A DNA stretch of 64,000 bases. Origin: Amoebophrya sp. A120 (Eukaryota; Protista; Dinoflagellata). Below, piece by piece: positions 12,001-21,957 of this stretch. Each line of letters opens with the position of its first letter. Position 1 is the stretch's first letter. Made by a program: the position numbers and the translations under genes. The stretch spans positions 1,269,386 through 1,333,385 of the forward strand of contig CAJINV010000016.1 of assembly GCA_905178155.1 (NCBI GenBank), in the 5' to 3' direction. The notes below the pieces were generated by a model. It was not told where the DNA came from, did no database searches, and saw only the letters and a program-made list of their open reading frames with translations.

Positions 12001-13400
12001 TTGTCATGCGTGACTCCTAAAACTCCTAGGTTTGTGTTGCAAAATCCCCATCCTGACTCTTGTGTGGGTACGTTTTTACTCAGGATATCGTCCATGTCTT
12101 CTTCATTGTCGAACGGAAACGCGTTTTCCACCTGGATCGGGGAAAAGACCGCGAGCCAGACCTGCTGGAGCAGCTTCAGCCGGAGCCGGATGTTCGCCGC
12201 GATCGTCATCTCGACGTTGTCGAATCGAGTGCGGAGGTGGAATTTTGTGGAGGAATCGGTGGAATTCAGAGCGGTCTGCTGCAGCACTTCGACGTAGAAA
12301 AATCCCTGATAAAGTAAAATGTGCATGAGCATAGCTACCATGTGTTCTCTGGTGCCCAGAGGCTCTTCAAACACAACAAAAACTGAACTTTTTCATCATG
12401 CCTGATAAACCCGAAATAAAATAATCTGTACCTCCTTCCCTTCAATTTTTTTCTGTTCCCATTTCCCGAACAGCTCCTCCCCGTTTATTTTTCCGCAGTT
12501 TTCAATTTCCTCCAGCAAGCACTTCTTCACGGATTCCTTCCCGTCATCGAGAAACAAATTCTCCTTCAGCATCCTCATCAAATCGATAAAAAATCGCTCC
12601 AACGGGTGCCGATAGCTCGCTTCCAACAGCGCAGAGTCCCAGAAGTACACCCTATCCTGTCGCATATCGTTTCTCGCCGACCAGGGTTTCGGGAGCTGGG
12701 AGTTGAGTACAGGTTTGAGAATTTGGAACAGGGTTTGATCCTATGAGAGTGCACAACTCCCCTTCCCCCTCATTTGTCATGCAAAGTATCTAATTTACGC
12801 CTTGCCTCTTGGCACTGTTAGCATGACAAGTTCTGGCAGCCCAAATAGCACAGCACTTCTGTTCAAATTTGTCATGCAAAACCTGTATTCTTGCTGACGC
12901 TTGTATTGCTGTTCATGCAATACAAATGAGGGGGAAGGGGAGTGGTGCCCTCTCATAGATCCTTTCTGGACTGTTTCAGGTTCAAGCCGAGGAACATGGC
13001 GTAAGCGTTGGGGTTCATGAAGCGAGAGACGGGTATATCACAAGAAAATGCGTAAACGTTCGCGGTTTTCACAGATTGCAGCGATGCATCACAAATTTAG
13101 CCTTACTAGCCTAGTATGCATGTTATGCATGACAAATTTGGGCGAGTTTTGTGATGCATTGCCGCATCACAAATTCCGTAAACGTTAATACTGTTTCTTG
13201 TGATAGGGTAATTCCGGGTCCTCATTCATGACCGTTTTGGAGGGGGACATGGCTTGGTGAGAACCCTCGAAGTACTTCTTGTTTGATGGTGTTTGCGACG
13301 CGTACAACGTGGAGTCCAGCTGGCTCCTCGTTGTGCAAGAGGAAGAAGTTGCCGGGCTGGTGCCGGTTAGGACACCGGTTGGGAGGACGAGACGGTCCAT
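1..13400 (-). CDS. Multi-exon host gene (3' end runs off the window): WW-like/CEP164-N-like domain followed by acidic coiled-coil protein
   Basis: Starts at ATG 13400 (MDRLVLP). The frame stays open to base 1 after removing introners 13036-13205, 12742-12957, 2847-12087, 2068-2320, 1806-1959, 1418-1682 and 259-425 (each with one TSD copy) plus a GT-AG intron at 12363-12431. The joined sequence YAMFLG...LPKPWSARNDMRQDRVYFWDS...SYRHPLE resembles the WW-containing N-terminus of CEP164-like proteins (by eye). Confidence 0.75.
259..425. mobile_element. Introner (family F2), 167 bp
   Basis: TIR tatcacaagaaaaagtgttaacgtt / aaccttaacacttttccctgtgata; TSD cgctg (254-258, 426-430); frame restored DQTSA|QQLF. 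Confidence 0.92.
1418..1682. mobile_element. Introner (family F1), 265 bp
   Basis: TIR tatcaaatgcaaaagcgtctggg / cccagacatttttacatttgata; TSD ctgca; frame restored DVQ|GQLT. Confidence 0.92.
1806..1959. mobile_element. Introner (singleton), 154 bp
   Basis: TIR tatgcacggtaaatttcc / ggaaatttgtattgcata; TSD ctggt/gtggt; frame restored. Confidence 0.8.
2068..2320. mobile_element. Introner (family F1), 253 bp
   Basis: TIR tatcaaatgcaaaagtgtctgggtctggaa; TSD ctaac; frame restored WRL|ESREK. Confidence 0.92.
2887..11833 (-). mobile_element. Non-LTR retrotransposon (I/Ingi-like architecture), ~8.95 kb, apparently full length
   Basis: 15-bp TSD ccagagttgtcatgc at 2872-2886 and 11834-11848; GC-rich; single 2157-aa ORF; 150-nt 5' UTR; ~2.3-kb 3' region; no poly(A) tail. 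Confidence 0.9.
5210..11683 (-). CDS. Retrotransposon polyprotein: Zn finger - APE endonuclease - reverse transcriptase - RNase H - OTU-like cysteine protease
   Basis: Zn finger CSHC...H...C. APE motifs VSESD, YIPP, AGDLNA, TF...QPDVV (~9540-10220). RT motifs WRPISML, QGTLLSPALF, YCDD (8351-8362). RNase H motifs ATDSG, GE, QCDA, WCPGHSG...EAD (~6970-7420). OTU motifs GDGNCMCRA, WGD, HYDA (~5230-5600). Confidence 0.93.
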   Translation of the reverse strand: MWVVPLLAMAAIRAAVIKRLEQLAPVPEAPNANVGDGPPGLPLPAVDEDAIPDTYVANKAFVLTPAFLPAGSLTKLQKVARMVPKHTAAAFRSAQRHNLLLECGPHCLAEMSRPAKEGERESKRIQAAEEALRRGVCIPGGKKFYETEIPLAVWRATSCREGPLAEIPDCFPDYAGVWPLSSAASDGVALRRTDHGIRIDPRRMPRRKGAAAIHNYGGFTTSDWCDRPPNPEALISAGIRCVDNDEDKAVVTKGHGCLKRQIESAAPGTFFWSMHDRPAADASEVEDMICAPTRGLSRWNLAVNKLEQHGRCAECVRAATGRLEATQASNPMVHPYLASFLEVTRAPPDEPRPTKWFPKPGESDSPAPSSDYPVYLRVPVSQSQSQIEFQQHALYVCSHCGEETAQPASLLAHVILCRIGRHGRLQSAMLAKLAELAQGVLAPGVRRGETDNRREITTSTAYHLASLRLNFTGGLPKPDKDWSKGRRFVIMAINMSRALTSQWPLLVHEINASRALVVVVSESDTPTQALQQPIRDLIYRTLLGRFFIWSAPRAMVLVAHSLRPADHAIAAAIPGAPNMACILVAHEDIAGRLLAGYIPPASCSVPELPVRGQRESLMNFARSNAAEVVGIAGDLNASTGPVLADTPRGNWLQSQLSQFATAEGLTSALQADDVTFPSGESQPDVVLLKPRTTETVLCTRLVEPRYLTMNGAAHLRIDCELRQDGSALGANADGWQEKQDRPDSISCPQSLTRRKVFHWSSIDQETLGQVLSDASAAASGQEPSFTGDTLATALDRAKAPHNKSRLPSVHLALLRGDGSLTASTEETMNQFRVRLCENKPAGLLRTPEEEHDVAAAAAKLIAAAPSRPLKPTRDMAMRAQKRLNPHAAAGSNGVPPALLLASLELCVLLCDIVCRALNDYHDPPTWTKQYLVSWLYKHNKKGASKFLGRYWRPISMLNVEDKFTESILHGELQQSLNVFRDNTAFIPGLSPAVGLLRALIRTMQGNAKYVAVIVADVTGGFENCSLLEVLQVLLERGASRQVMQAVCYWMTGRTVRIAVDGLMGVAFPICDGLGQGTLLSPALFRACVEKHLIAAGLYSTLGECVAAYCDDIAIFVTAESEGEMVKKLQDRGNKLLSIPYPVSDWRMAVLRSPEHAAGDEKKLEQFLKRIRVTLSNGVTLCPPEVEVELDPDAPKSVRLPGLFRRYNKANYITVLGMPLTVNPEAWEQHFEDQRRRVLSCSSTDEDAVDAAAASPLAAINKYHEKAFNALQYMASAKSLLCPGALIKLDDIAETALRRMLRISFTAPTYSTFISAGAVVPSTAALGERTTLCVQAIGLDDAEFARSSKVQDVFNMRREGWASLPISHNLIPADPLPSNVHILPASAVFQKYDLALSKANTPEVAARVRDEFRGLERSLGPALLWVATDSGDDPGAEPGPGPKQRMGTVVMRRGCDEEGKFALAMRLRHTLTTFWGESGAHAAAVLMLADSLDEDLSPIWDPALRFVIFQCDASPALENIQSLRTEETWQEIRAAITKLADRRPDITFIFHWCPGHSGISPHSEADILQKSTLLPSEPLTNYVSLRVPLRQLREFARKCLRAEVARQLQTRAAQSKTGACRGRIASQLGNARRVLRGLTPTSQWIVWSLCSGDGREAARAARSVVGSSHLKCGLCSKKLDAAVCFSQQMYAESQHPSQGADDMAVDEEEFGSIDRAAAALQEPTSESPPPSPPEAGEKRQSQSQGRQVLISQFAKHVLTLECKAMCDNFPLEAGEVLPSVSKIMKKPAEVLRVFLTLIGLPPPPKGTWPVEAPARQPRDDVMPDPEVQKNIDRAAEVFHNMVEASRMRAPPPSATQDPSAVPGLRSHVPPMVHRMYTAEPGHTQVPEAEIEDVRARLCWKRPNRAAPGGPRKVADWRNADSRVRSRSRERQAPSQMQPPSPAVATNGGPSPPPVHEFQQVRLPPGPLHLSRPQTIPQRVFGSNIPSQDAALGKRSAMDQAVEISLKEAEADARLEARLRGRLAGRGLRLDKVIGDGNCMCRAVSRMVTGSEANYNHFRRRAIQSLILRRAHYQPFVGSDSEWAEYIHQHSQDKCWGDHVVLEALAAEVSASILLITTNSDNTPIQILGPLDAAPLREIVLAHKTYTHYDATAPVEHAT
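12742..12957. mobile_element. Introner (family F4), 216 bp
   Basis: TIR tatgagagtgcacaactccccttccccctcatttgt; TSD gatcc; frame restored. Confidence 0.92.
13036..13205. mobile_element. Introner (family F2), 170 bp
   Basis: TIR tatcacaagaaa...aacgtt; TSD gggta; similar to 259-425; frame restored ELP|VSRF. Confidence 0.92.
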
Positions 13401-15375
13401 TTTGCTATTGCTGTCTGTGATTAATTTTGTTGCGGAACAATAGGAGCAAAGAAACTGAACCGGTTGCCGGAAAAAGACGGTGATTAAACACCAAATGACG
13501 ATAGACAACTCTCCATTTGACCGCGACGAATCGAGAAGTAGGTCGGCAGCGAAATAAGCACAGCGAAGCTCTCACCTCGTAATCGTCTAGGTGTACGTTT
13601 CCCTGAACAATCACTCACTTCTGCAACATTATTTCTTCTACTCTTGACAACATGAACCAGAATCAACGAATCATCGACCTCCCCGAATTGCTTTACCTGG
13701 CGAGGAAACGACTATGACCAAAATTCCAGAGCAGCGAAAGCTCGACAATATGACGATGGAGAACAGAACGATGTGACGAGTAAGCTATTTTTTTCACGGG
13801 GGGCTCTCCGATATTGGTGTTGCATAGCGGTCTCTAATTCGACCAGCAGAATGTTGTGTCTCAAGATAAATGATACAGGCGTCAGCAAAAATCTACTCTA
13901 TTGTGTGAAGTTCTAATACTGCTCAAAGCCAAATTCTTTTTTCCAACGATATCGTAACATCTAGTAATGGTAGCGCTCCTCGCGCTTCGTATCCAAAAAA
14001 TTTTAAACATTATTAACACTTCTGAGAAACTACAAATACATGAACTTATCCTCCTTCAAGAAACTACTTCAAATTCAATATCAAACAGATATGGGCCAAC
14101 GCCAATTCAGCCGTGCAATGGATAAATTTTTTTTTACTTAGTTGAGTACTTCTTTTGAGTCCGAGGCAATTAAGCCAAACAAAGTTCCAAAGAAGATGAC
14201 CATGTCAATGATAGACGTTCTGGCTGCTGGCTGTTTCATTCTACATTCTTTCGAAATGCAGCGCAATTTTTCTCGCGGCTAACGACTTCTCGAGATCAGG
14301 GCGTAACCAGGATTGACATTTTTGAGATTTATCATTCAAAAAGTTGTTGCGCAGAAACGCCTTTAAAAGCACCATCTTCCTCCGCCTGGCGTTCACTCCT
14401 TACCGGATCTCGTCCGGATGGAAAAAAACTGCTGGTACGCAAACCATCTCGATAGAAGAACGAATACGACACATGCATAGGCATACCCTCTCTTTGTCCC
14501 TTCGCTCTGTATGCTTGACCAATCTCCGATATAGCCATGCAGCCATCACTCATTCTCACTAGAAAGACTAATCTTTTTTTTTTGATACTTGGGGCACACC
14601 TCGCCTCTACCTCCGGCCAAAGCCAAACATTCATGTCTTCAAGATTCTGGAGATGTTGATTGAGACTTCATAGTTCCTCACTCAGACCCAAGTTGTAACA
14701 TCTTGCTGCATGATTCCTCAGACAACGAGATCGAGAACGATAACAAACTGCCACAAGTCTGCGGCTAACCAAAAATACCTGAGTGCCGGAGTCCTCCTTC
14801 CTGCGACTGTAGATCATGGTGCCTGATTGGTGGTAGCGGTAGGATAATTGCTAAGATTTTATATAAGGTCGTCGTCGTCGTCGTCGATATTATATAAGGA
14901 CTTTTTCCCTTGATGTTGCCTATGTTGATACAGCGAAAAGGAAAAACTGGGAGGCGGGTCAGGTTTGTTACATTAACATTAGGATTAGTTTCGCTTTTGA
15001 TTCGTTCTTCGTGGCTGATACTTGTAGTGTCGATTGTAATTCGTTCGTTGTAATTCTTGAATCAATGCCAATCATTTGAGAATCTTTAGTTTGCAGTTAT
15101 TTCGTCGCGGGTAATTTATTATATTTTCATTGCTGATAGTAGATAATGATAAATCAGTAGCGAACTACTTGTAGAGATTTTTTCTTCAAGTAGAAATACT
15201 CAAGCTACAGCTTGTTGTTCGAAGTTGAGACTTTTCGTTCCCCCCAGCTCTGACACCGACTTCATCTCGCAACAACTGCGCCTCCAGAAGATGAAGATGC
15301 TGGAGAGGTGGAGTCGTGTTTACTCGTCGACTAACCGTCAACAGCAGCTCACGAGCTGCGACCATTGTGTTGGAA

Positions 15376-15928
15376 TCACTCCCCCTCGTTGTAGCACGCC
15401 TCGATGCGCGCGGGTTCATCATCAGCACAGTAGAAGTCGCTGCACCACTCGACGTCCGCGGCCGTAGGGGCGGTTTGGATCCTGTAGCCCGCGCCGCTAT
15501 TGCAGACACAGCGGTAGTAATCCGGCGTCCCCCGCAACGTATTCCGCGCATTCCGCATCTCCTGGGCGGCCCATTCGATCGCTTCGATAGCTGCTCGGTG
15601 GGACCCGGCTTTGAGCAGGTGGTGCACCACACACATCGCCAAGCCGGTCGGTGTTCCTTCCTTTTCTTCCAAATACGTCCCGGCCGTAGCATCTCCGTCG
15701 CTGCCGATCACGGCCAGATTGCGGGGGGGGGGGGGGGGGCGCGTCGTCCTTCATGTCGGACCGTGCCACGGCCACGGCTTCATCGGAGAACTCGGCGCTG
15801 GTGCTGGAGGTGGAAGTCGGGACTAGTCCTTGCACGCCGGCGGTGTTGAAGATGGAGGAGGCGGTTAAGACCGCGACACAGAGAAGCAGCTGCTTCTTGT
15901 GGATGATCTCGGAAGCCGCGAAGAACAT
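15376..15928 (-). CDS. Probable secreted Cys-containing protein, frameshifted at a G17 homopolymer
   Basis: ORF 15497-15928 has a signal-peptide-like N-terminus ending in poly-Pro. ORF 15376-15711 continues in another frame just past the G run at 15723-15739. Confidence 0.55.
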
Positions 15929-17110
15929 CTTGTCTGCCGAATATAATTTTAATTGGGAGCAGCTCAGAAGTGGTTTAGGTTTTACTTTTATTGGGCTGCG
16001 CTAGCTACTTCTAGGCACTCACTGTCACTGTGGGAAGGGTGTTGTAACTGGTTCAGGAGCTGTAAGAAAAACGATGAACAACAGCAAAGGTGGCTTCTAC
16101 GTGCATGTAAGTGTAGTGGTCGATACGATAGACATAGACAGCAAGCAAAGTCGCAAACAATTATCCTTCTTAATCGACTTGTTTATGTTTTGATTACCCT
16201 AACACATGATATCACTCACCACGAAAGTTCACACCTCGACAGCATGCAGCACCCCAAGAGCGTCTGACCCCACATCGTACGACCCGATAAAGACATAAAT
16301 AGATGCGACAAAGTACTAGATTTAACTCCGACAAGACGACGAAGAGCGATCATGTGTCGAATTGGAAGTCGTGATGTCCTCTTCCTCGTCACATGGCGAT
16401 CGATGCATGAAACTACATCAACATCGCTTCTTCTTGAAGTTTAAGTGTATGGTGGTTGTGGTTGTCATTCTTGTCTCCAACTCGACCAGAATATCAATAT
16501 TTGTCAAGCAGGTCCATAATACAATTCAAAAATGTAAACTTCAACATCAACGCAGACCAATAATTTCCAAAGATAACATAACACTTAAAAGCTTCCTTCA
16601 TTTTCCAAAATATGTTGACATAAGATTGATTTTTAAGGCACCAATGATTCTTGACATGTGGTGGAGACGTTGCCGCATCACTGCCTGACCTACCGAAAAT
16701 TACTTTTGCTCCAAGTTCAAGAGAGGACTGATACGTAGTGATAGATCCGGGTCACTGAACCGATGGCACGACACTAGCGCCAATATGCTGCGAGTTTCAA
16801 GGTAATTTTCAAATCATTCAATCAGCTCTGGTTCTGGTTGCAGGAAAAAACGAAACAAATACGACTGCTACTGCATGCTGAGCATAAAGGTAGTCATGTT
16901 ATAGGCTCCTGCTGGTGCTGCCTCAGTGGTCTTACAATATCCTACATGTTTTCTTGTCAGATTGACGAGATGTGTTGACACATACTTACCTCTATTTTTG
17001 TGCGAAAGCGGGACCGTTACTGCTAGCTTGAGATCTTAACATTGATCCGTGATTCAAAAAATTCTGTACCACAGTATTAACGTAGTTCTGCTCGTACCCA
17101 CAGTCGTTCC

Positions 17111-18482
17111 TCACTCCCTGCTGGGCGACGAGCTCGTCCGGATGGAAAAAAACTGCTGATACGCAAACCACACCAAGAGCAGCACAAACGCGATTTCCTT
17201 CGCGATGCTGGCGACGAAGAGCAACTTTTCGAAGCACTTGTTTACACCAGTTTTCAGAACTGCTTTCCCTCTGTTCACTCTGCTTTTGAACCGCAAGACC
17301 CTCTTGTCCCACGACAGCTTCTTCCGGCGGTACGCCATGCGGATACGCAAGCAGGACTGGGATTTCAAGGCCTTTCGGGCGGATGTCGGCGCGGTGGTCT
17401 GTTTTGCACGTTTTTCATTTTGCATGGCAGAGTTCCTTTTTATGACCTGATACGCTATTGATAATGGCAGTAGAGTCGCAACAACTAGCACTAGAATCAG
17501 ACTTGTCACCACCTAAAAACATCTAAGTTAGTTTTACCTCCCGCAGCGCCACAGCGCCCACGTCAAATCCGGCCATGGTCATCCTGCGTTTCGATCCGCT
17601 TTTGCTTTTACTGTTCAACGCGGCTGCGATTGGAGCAACGTCCTGCTCAAAGCAGATGTAATTGTCGTCCCATTTTTTCTTCATCATAATCCGCTTCTTC
17701 TCCGTTTGTTCCTCTTCAAATTCCACAATCGCGTTTTTCATCCGTTCCAACCGTGCCGGGTCCGCAAACTTCTCAAATTCCAGGTGCGCGTCGTCGGTGA
17801 GGGCCGCGTGGGCTTCGACGTTGAGGTGTTCCTGCCCACCTCCACTAGAGGCACTAGATGACGCGGAAGAGGACGTCGAAGGAGTTGAACTGCTGCTCGT
17901 CACAACAGCGTAGGTCCGGAACGCTTCGATGAATTCTGGGAACAAAACCTCGTGCTTTTGCTTCTTTTTGTTCACTGCTTGCTTCAACAGGATCTCCAGC
18001 TCCTCTTCGATCTCCAGAACGCCACTCAACTTCTGCAGCAGTTGTTTGCAATTTTCGATCAATTCGATATCTTTCATTTTCGAGTCTGAGTCAAGTGAAT
18101 TTGTTTGTTCAGGAGCGACTCCTGCAGCTGCACTGTTGGAGGACGAAGTGGCATTCGCATTGTTCTCATCGTCGGAGGAGGAAGTAGATGCCTCGTATTT
18201 CATCTCCAACGTCGGTGCGTGGGTGTCGAATGCCGCCTGAAAATCGTAGAAGCTGGCCGTGTTGAGAGTGACATCGTTCACAAATTTCTGCAAGGCGTTG
18301 CGGCTGGCGGTCCGCTTGGCTTTTTCTGTCAGGGTAAAACGGAGCTCGGATACCTTGTTGGAGTGCGATGAAAAATTTGAGGTGCTTGCTATAAAAAGTA
18401 ATTCGAGTGAAGCATGACTTTGATCATCGAAAACTTTCCATACGTTAGTGCAAGATGAAGGAAGCTCAAGTTCCCTCGACAC
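17111..18482 (-). CDS. Hypothetical coiled-coil protein with C-terminal hydrophobic segments; probably the 3' part of the IQ gene
   Basis: 319-aa ORF joins in frame to ORF 17111-17512 through a candidate 25-nt GT-AG intron (17513-17537). The junction to the upstream ORF ending at 18493 is unresolved. Confidence 0.5.
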
Positions 18483-18492
18483 AGTCGAGAGG

Positions 18493-21400
18493 TCATACCT
18501 TCCTTCCCAGCTGCTTCAGGCTATCCCTTGTCTCCTCTCGGAGCACATTCAGTGGCGCATCTTCACCCGCAGCAGAACTGTTTCTCGTGCCCGAGGCGCT
18601 GCTCTGCTGCTTCTTGAACGGCGAAACACTACGCCACAGCTTCTTCACAAATCGTGTCGCTTTCGCTGTTGTCGATTCGGAGCCAAAGAGAAGTTGCTTG
18701 AAAAAGTTCGCGAGCTTTTCGTTTTTTCCCAGCACATCTGCGACCTCCGCCGGCTCATTCGTGTCGTTTTCGCTGCAGGTAGACGATGCCAAACTCTTCA
18801 ACGCAGACAAGCAGTCTGATAATTCCGAAATCCCGAAATTCGCCTTCATGAGCACAAAGTGGAGCAACAATGTCCACGCCTCCTCCCGCTTTTGCTTCGA
18901 CAAATCCACACTCTCAATCGCAGTTGTCAGCGCAACTAAACTGGCTTCGTCGAGAGCCTCTTCTTCAGCTGATTGTTGGGAAAGGAGGGAGGTCTGGACG
19001 AAGTTGATTTTTTCAGTGGCGGAAACAATGTCTTCTGTTTTTTTCTCGTCGTCGTCTCCTTCTGGGTTCTTGCACTGCTGAAAAATGTCGATGAGCCAGG
19101 CGGGAAAGGCGGCCTTCAGAGCGAGCGCCAGCGTGTTTCCTGCTTCGTACCGCCGGCAAGCCGCAGCGTGCTGTGCCTCAAGCTCTTCGACGTCTTCGAT
19201 GCGGAGGCTTTGAAAATCGCACGCATTCGCGTTGAAGTTTGCCGCCTTCGATAGGAGCGTCGCGAACTTTTCCAGAAGCGACTCGATCTCGAGCCCTTGC
19301 TTAGCGTTTCCTTCTTCCCTGACGCTGGTGGAATCTTCTTCACCATTTGCATTTCCTCCTGCGACCGCTTCGGCGTTCTTCATGTCTTCCAAAGCTGTCG
19401 CCAAGTCGGTTTCCAGTCGGATTTTCTCGCCCCACTGTTGGAGAAACAGGCTTGCTTTTTCCGCAATAGAAACGGAATGCACTTCGTTGCTCTTGTACTC
19501 CTCGAGAATTCTTTGGAACTCGCTCCGATCCGCAGTCGCCCAAATGTCCATCTCGGTCATTGCAAAATACGCCTGGAGTTGCTTCTGCAGGGCCAGCGGC
19601 TTCTCGGTTTTCTTTCCCGCAAGAAACTTGCGGATGTGGCTCTGCGCCTTGACGGTGCTTTGCTTCTGCTGCAAGAACTTCTTTTTCGCCTGCAGGACTC
19701 GGAAAGCAGTCTGCAAACGGATGGTGGTGGGGATGACAAGGTCAGTAAGCTCTTTCCGCTTTTCCTTCACCTCTTTCACCGCCTGCATCTTGCGCCACTG
19801 TGTCTGGACCTGCAAAGTTGCTTTTCTCTGGTCCAGGAACGCCTTGCGCACGAGGGTGACATTTTTCCAGTACTGCTGAACCTTCCTCGCACCCGCGATC
19901 TGCTGTTGCAGCACCGCTGTTTCGCCTCTTTGCTTCTTGCCGCGATAGATCGATTGGATTTTCACTGAGGCCAGGGCTTGTTGTTCGAGTTTGGCCTTCT
20001 CTTCCCGCAATTTTGCGACCGTTCCTCTTGCGCATTTTCCTCGATAGCAGCTCTGCAAAACCCTCGCGGCCTGCGCTTCCTTTGCGTCCTGAAGTTTCTT
20101 CTGCTTCGCAGCACGCAATCTCGGCAGTACCAGTAACCGCGTGACGACACCGCGAAATTTGGATTGAATCCAGATCGCCGCATCGGATTCCTTTTGCTTT
20201 TTTGCCTCCTCCGCTTCTCTAGCCTTCTTCGCGTCCAATCGGTCTGCCAACTCTTTCCTGGCCGTTTTCCCGCGAAACTGCGTTTGGATTTTCGTTGCCG
20301 CTTTCTTCTCCTGCACCGCCTTCCGGATCTTCTGCAAAAACGCCCTCGATCGGAAAAACACTTGCACGTCCCGCGCCGCCATGTCGAAGGCAAACCGCAT
20401 GTCCTCGTAGTCACGACGGACGATCTTGCTCCGCCAGATGGCCTGCAATTTGGTGGCGACGCTGACTTTCTGCTGCTGCATCACGAGTTGCGCAATCGCG
20501 TGGAATTTCTGCAACTTCGCTCTCCAAAATTTTTGAATCGCTAAAACCGCCTCCTTCTCCCTCGCAACCTTCTTCCTCGCAGCAGCCCCGCGGTACAAGA
20601 CCGCCTGGATTTTCGTCGCGGCTACTTTCTTCCTTTCCTCTTTTGCCTTCTTCGCCATCTCCGCTTTTTCGCAAACCTGCAGCAAGTGCTCCGTCGCACT
20701 CAGAATAGCCGCCTTCAACTCGTCCGCCCGGCCGAAATTTTCGTACTTTGCCAAAACCGCACTGCTGTTGCAGAGAACTGCTTCAAACCTCTCCGTTTGC
20801 TGCTTCATCTTCTGTTGCACAGAATGAGAATCTTTGTTGTTTTCACGAGAAGTAGATTCTTCATCGAACAAAAAATCGGTTTCCGTCAGTGCTAAAATCT
20901 CGGTCAGCGGCCCGTCCACCTGCTTCAACATCTCCACTGTGGCATCGCCCTGCGACAGGAGATCGGACGAAATCAGTTCCATCGCTTCTTCGTTCAGTCG
21001 GATCTGTTCCAGACACTTCTCCAAGATCGCGGAACTAATCACCTTATTCGACAGGCTAGAGCGCAGCGCCGCTTCCAACTGGTCCGCGCGACGGTTCAGC
21101 TCCGATTTCCGCCGGGCCGCTTGCAGTTCGAGTTCCCTATCAGATGTAAAAGTGTCTGGGTCTGGAAGAATGCACCTTGTCGTGCTGATTTGGGACTCTA
21201 AAAAAATTTGTATTGCATGACCAGAAAGAGGGGTCCGGTTTGTGCTACACGGACAGGGCATTTCTCATGCGAAAGGTGCATCAGGAAGCCCTCTAAAAGT
21301 CTGTGATGCTAGGCCATGCATTACAGGCATCATGGATCATGAGAAATATGCATGACAAACCTGGCAATCTTCCAGACCCAGACACTTTCACAGTTGATAT

Positions 21401-21957
21401 TCCCGTGCGGCTCGCAATTTCTCGTCCACCTGCTCCTTGTTGGAGGAAGCGTTGCTGTCGAAGGAGTTGCGCGGTTCACTGGTACTAGAACTGCAGCCCT
21501 CATCTTCGGGCAATACATCGTTCCCCTCTTCACCGACAGAGTGGGACTGCTCTCCCGGGCTGGAGGCCGACGAGCTCTGTTCATCGGAGGAGGAGCTGGC
21601 CGAGCTGGAAGACGAACCAGCACTCGAGCCTGAGCTGCTGCTACTTCCACCGGACGAGGACGATGCTGTGCTGTTCTTCACGAAGATTTGTGGTTGTTGG
21701 GTAACAACTCCCGGCTGCTGGTGCAGCGCGGCCTTTTTCAACGCCGGTTTGGGTTTCTGCGAGTTCAGAAGATGAAATGGCTGCTTGTTCTTTACCGCAA
21801 CAGACACCGACACCGACTTAGACTCCTCATCAGAAGAGTCGGAGTCCGAATCTGAATGGTTATCGCTGTTGTTTTCCAAGTCCTCGTCTTTTTTCTTGAC
21901 AAAAACGTCCTCCTCGTCGCTGTCGAGACGAGCGAAACGTGGTTTCGCGGTCGGCAT
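18493..21957 (-). CDS. IQ calmodulin-binding repeat protein (ASPM-like IQ array)
   Basis: More than 10 IQ-like motifs (KIQTQFRGKTARK, IQSKFRG, IQSIYRG). ORFs 21388-21957 and 18493-21261 join in frame across introner 21138-21399. Confidence 0.8.
21138..21399. mobile_element. Introner (family F1), 262 bp
   Basis: TIR tatcagatgtaaaagtgtctgggtctggaaga; TSD ttccc; frame restored ARE|LELQ. Confidence 0.92.

Larger units (their letters stand above)
2847..12087. mobile_element. Introner (family F3) split by a retrotransposon: pieces 2847-2886 and 11849-12087, 279 bp when rejoined
   Basis: TIR tatcctgtgtaaagacgtccccac / gtgggtacgtttttactcaggata; TSD tcgtc (2842-2846, 12088-12092). Rejoined length equals that of the intact copy at 39360-39638. 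Frame restored DMD|EESIK. Confidence 0.9.
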
